Assembly: GCA_964473825.1 (NCBI GenBank)
Contig: CAYYQL010000050.1
Span: forward strand, 1-15,789
Length of the DNA: 15,789 nucleotides
Origin: an uncultured archaeon
GTDB taxonomy: Archaea; Asgardarchaeota; Thorarchaeia; Thorarchaeales; Thorarchaeaceae
Reading direction: 5' to 3'
Position numbers and translations under genes: made by a program. Positions 12,728-15,789 of the stretch are shown piece after piece; positions within the stretch are counted from its first letter, which is position 1; every line of letters begins with the position of its first letter. Below the pieces are notes generated by a model. That model was not told where the DNA came from. It searched no databases and saw only the letters and a list, made by a program, of their open reading frames with translations.

Positions 12728-15679
12728 CTAGAACTCTCCTGCTTCCTCCTCTAGTGAGAGAAGAATCCTATCTGTGGTAGAGATTGCCTGTTTGATGGTC
12801 TTGAGATAGTCCTGACGGGACCTCTCGAATGCCGCCCGACTTATTTTCTGCTTCTTTTTCCGGAGAAGAAGCTGGCGAAGACCAGCTTTGGCACCTGCAA
12901 TTCGTTCCTCTTGGAGCTCCAGCTGTGAAACAATGTCGCGATACTTTGAGCCTTCAGAAATCATCTCTTGCTTAAGGCCTGCAAGCTCGCTATCTACCTC
13001 GTCCAGTTGTGATTTGATGTCACGCTCTCGAATCATGAATTCTTTTTTGGTCACCTTTCCTCGTTTTCTGGCAGACTCAAGTTTCTCAAGGTCGAGACCA
13101 AGTGTTGTCTTCCGAGAGTAGCTGGACGCGAAATCACGTAGGAGCTCAGGTGCAGCACCGACCTGCCGGCTGGGACTTGTCATCTCATCTTCTCCCGCAA
13201 CGACTTCTCCGACTGTACGGCGTTTCGCACCTCTGTAAGCAACATAGATCAGCGCAACAACGCCGAAGATGAAACCGAATGCAGCCGGTCGAGCTAGCGA
13301 TCCAGGCGTTGTCATATATGCAATAGATACCTCAGGAGGGTTGAACCGAGTCGAATTGTAGACGGTATATCTAAGAGTTGAATGCGACGCACCACGAAGT
13401 AGTCTATAATCACCAGATGCCTCAGTCACTCCAACAGAAAGGGGCAGAACAATGTCAATTGTATGGCTTTTGACATTGATCTCACTAAGTGTGGTCATGG
13501 GAAATTCGACGATACTGCCTGCACTACCGGACTCCTGGTAGGTTGGGAGATGAATGGTGTAGTGAACATTGAATGTGTATTTGTATCCTGGCCAGAACCC
13601 TTGTTCTCCGAACCGGTCCCTCTGTAGGTTTATTTTTTGGTCCAGTGTGGCATTCCAGTCCCAAGATTTCGGCTGCGAATCTGCGAGGATGCCTACTCTA
13701 TCAAATATCTCCACATCTGACATATAGGCGGGGAAGTTCATCGTTATGCCCAGCTCTCTTGCAGGCCCGATATTCTCCAGACTGATTGTCTCTTCGTAAT
13801 GCAACCAGCCCCAGGGATCTAGGGTTATCCGCGTCGTTCGGGTTGCGACAAGATAAGGTGTGAATGACCTGATGGTTATGGTGAAGGGTTCTACTGTCAT
13901 GGGGGCGATGTTCTGTGTGCTTCCTTCAATATTCTCACTATCGAGAGAATCACCACTTCTGAAGCCGAAGGAGAATGAGAGAGACTGGATCACATAGGGG
14001 ACCACTGGATACTTCAGATAAGATATATCAAACAGGTTATTCTCAAAACTCTTCTCCACATGAAGTGAGTGGAAATAGGTGACCACTGTGAATGTATAAC
14101 TCTCTCCAACATCGACGGGTTCAAAGAAGTATACACGCCAGTGCATCATTCTGCTGGTATCAGCAAGCCGCTTCACTTCCAGTTGGTGGTTTGCGCTGTC
14201 TTCGGCCTCGATGGAGAGATAGTTCGCTCTGAATTGGAGAGGCATGTAGAGCTCTAATGCACCGACAGGAACGGATCTTGTGTTCTGTACTGTGAACTTA
14301 TCAGCGGTCTTGTCTGTATGATACATCATTGTTGTGAATGTACGGGTCACACTCAATCTCATGCCGGCCAGCGGGACGACAGGGTTTCCCACGGTGATAT
14401 TGATCATCGTGACACTTGTCAGGTTTGATGGATCTGTTGCATTGAAATAGATTGTTTTCGGGCCATCGTCGAAATCAGAGACATCTACTTCTGTCGTCCA
14501 AAAGCCAGTCTTGAAGCTGTATCTGAGGTCTGTCCAGTTTGTGTCTTCAAAGCGATATCCAGCAGTCCGAATGATTGACTTGTCAGTGGCCTTCAGCTGG
14601 ATGAACAGTGTCCATTCAACAATCGCATCGGCAGTTGGTGATATCACTTCCAGTTGAGGCGCATCATTTGGTTCTATAACCATCATCAGCGGGTCTGACC
14701 AGTCAGTATGCCGAACTGGCAACTCGTCGAAATCGTCACTGGGGCCGGCCAGCAGAACAAATGGATAGACAACATCAGTTCCATTGAGTAGCGCTATGTC
14801 CTCAGTATCTGTGCTGTTCATCCGAATGTGATACTCCAGCTGGGTGGTGGACCCACTATCGGTACCATTGGCGGAGATGATTCGACTTTGGTTTGAATAA
14901 GGTGCATGTCTTAGTGTACTGATTCCATGTCGATAGCTGTATGAAATGGCGCTGGACTCAGCAGGATTCCTGAAGTTGCTATCAATTCTGGTCAATGTGA
15001 TCACATACTCCAAGTCCTCACCGTAGAGAGGGTGATCGGGAGTTGTGTAACCCTCCTCAGCAGGTATAACGAAGTGCCTAGTCTCGCCGATTCTCATGCC
15101 ATATATCTGCTCTTTGTATGCTTCGAGAAGCCCCTCATTCTGAATCTCTGTAACGGAGTCATTACCGGGAACATATCCTTCCTGTTCAATAGTTCCGTTT
15201 CTGAAAGACAGTACATAATGGACTGTAACCGAATCGGTCGGTTGGACGCGTTGCACCGGTTCGTATGCACCAGCCGGTGAGGATCCGATGACGACATCGC
15301 TGTTGTTCAGACCATCCAACGTATAGGTTTCATTATCTTCTTTCCAGCTTAGACCAATCCATCCAGTTGTCTGTGCCTTTAGCCCAACATACATGACAGT
15401 GGAGTTATGTTCGAGGTAGACGGTGATACCAGTGGCCGGATCAGTGTAGTTGAATGCGTATTCATATGGATCAATAATGCCATCTGCAAGCCCATAATGC
15501 TTGTCAGTGTAGGGAATAGATAGGTTGCATACCGCCTGAGCAATTTTGTTGTCAGACCCATATGCGTTCACATCTGTGGTCTCCAGACTGTTGGAGTCAG
15601 ATAGGCTCACCAAAGCACTGCTCGCAGCGAGAAGCACCAAGAGAGCGATTGTCGTAATCCGTCTATTCAGATGTTTCAA
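12728..15679 (-). CDS. Type I membrane protein: signal peptide, DOMON/CBM9-like domain with inserted FKBP domain, Ig-like domain, ribophorin I (Ost1)-like lumenal region, TM helix, cytoplasmic helical bundle
   Basis: Signal peptide aa 1-25; DOMON-like GWIGLSW...NSDVVIG; FKBP VTVHY...GMRIGETRHFVIPAEEGY...HPLYGEDLEY; ribophorin I-like EPFTITIRSFTPYLVATRTTRITLDPWGWLHYEETISLENIG, IFDRVG, GYKYTFNVHY and IVLP; TM aa ~795-815 followed by RGAKRR; GGTGAT SD before the TTG. Confidence 0.8.
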   Translation of the reverse strand: MKHLNRRITTIALLVLLAASSALVSLSDSNSLETTDVNAYGSDNKIAQAVCNLSIPYTDKHYGLADGIIDPYEYAFNYTDPATGITVYLEHNSTVMYVGLKAQTTGWIGLSWKEDNETYTLDGLNNSDVVIGSSPAGAYEPVQRVQPTDSVTVHYVLSFRNGTIEQEGYVPGNDSVTEIQNEGLLEAYKEQIYGMRIGETRHFVIPAEEGYTTPDHPLYGEDLEYVITLTRIDSNFRNPAESSAISYSYRHGISTLRHAPYSNQSRIISANGTDSGSTTQLEYHIRMNSTDTEDIALLNGTDVVYPFVLLAGPSDDFDELPVRHTDWSDPLMMVIEPNDAPQLEVISPTADAIVEWTLFIQLKATDKSIIRTAGYRFEDTNWTDLRYSFKTGFWTTEVDVSDFDDGPKTIYFNATDPSNLTSVTMINITVGNPVVPLAGMRLSVTRTFTTMMYHTDKTADKFTVQNTRSVPVGALELYMPLQFRANYLSIEAEDSANHQLEVKRLADTSRMMHWRVYFFEPVDVGESYTFTVVTYFHSLHVEKSFENNLFDISYLKYPVVPYVIQSLSFSFGFRSGDSLDSENIEGSTQNIAPMTVEPFTITIRSFTPYLVATRTTRITLDPWGWLHYEETISLENIGPARELGITMNFPAYMSDVEIFDRVGILADSQPKSWDWNATLDQKINLQRDRFGEQGFWPGYKYTFNVHYTIHLPTYQESGSAGSIVEFPMTTLSEINVKSHTIDIVLPLSVGVTEASGDYRLLRGASHSTLRYTVYNSTRFNPPEVSIAYMTTPGSLARPAAFGFIFGVVALIYVAYRGAKRRTVGEVVAGEDEMTSPSRQVGAAPELLRDFASSYSRKTTLGLDLEKLESARKRGKVTKKEFMIRERDIKSQLDEVDSELAGLKQEMISEGSKYRDIVSQLELQEERIAGAKAGLRQLLLRKKKQKISRAAFERSRQDYLKTIKQAISTTDRILLSLEEEAGEF

Positions 15680-15789
15680 ATCATATCACCGCAGACTCGA
15701 TGTACGCCTAGTCAGTAAACGCAATCTTGACTAGACAGCAATCGATGCGGCTCAGATTCGGGTCAATTATTATAGGTTTCGGAAAGATA

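Overview
Archaeal chromosomal region, most likely from an Asgard archaeon (possibly Thorarchaeia). This is inferred from the A1-U72 tRNA-Gln, BHB tRNA introns, GGTGA/GAGGT Shine-Dalgarno (SD) motifs and a ribophorin I-like gene. From left to right it holds: a COG1031-type radical SAM/HhH gene with no canonical start; thiL; tRNA-Thr(CGT) and tRNA-Leu(GAG), both with insertions at non-canonical positions and flanking two small ORFs; a frameshifted Nudix gene in a poorly coding stretch with box C/D-like hairpins; a Gfo/Idh/MocA oxidoreductase; a minus-strand run of gcvPA, gcvPB, an LpdD/PAC4-like gene, a ubiquitin-like gene (GG-EW end) and mtaB; trm112 with tRNA-Gln(TTG); and an HD hydrolase. The last gene encodes a 983-aa membrane protein in which a ribophorin I (Ost1)-like OST subunit is fused behind a DOMON/CBM9-like domain with an inserted FKBP domain and an Ig-like domain. 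This fusion is the strongest candidate for an undescribed system: coupled glycosylation and folding quality control. All family calls come from motif recognition by eye; no searches were run.
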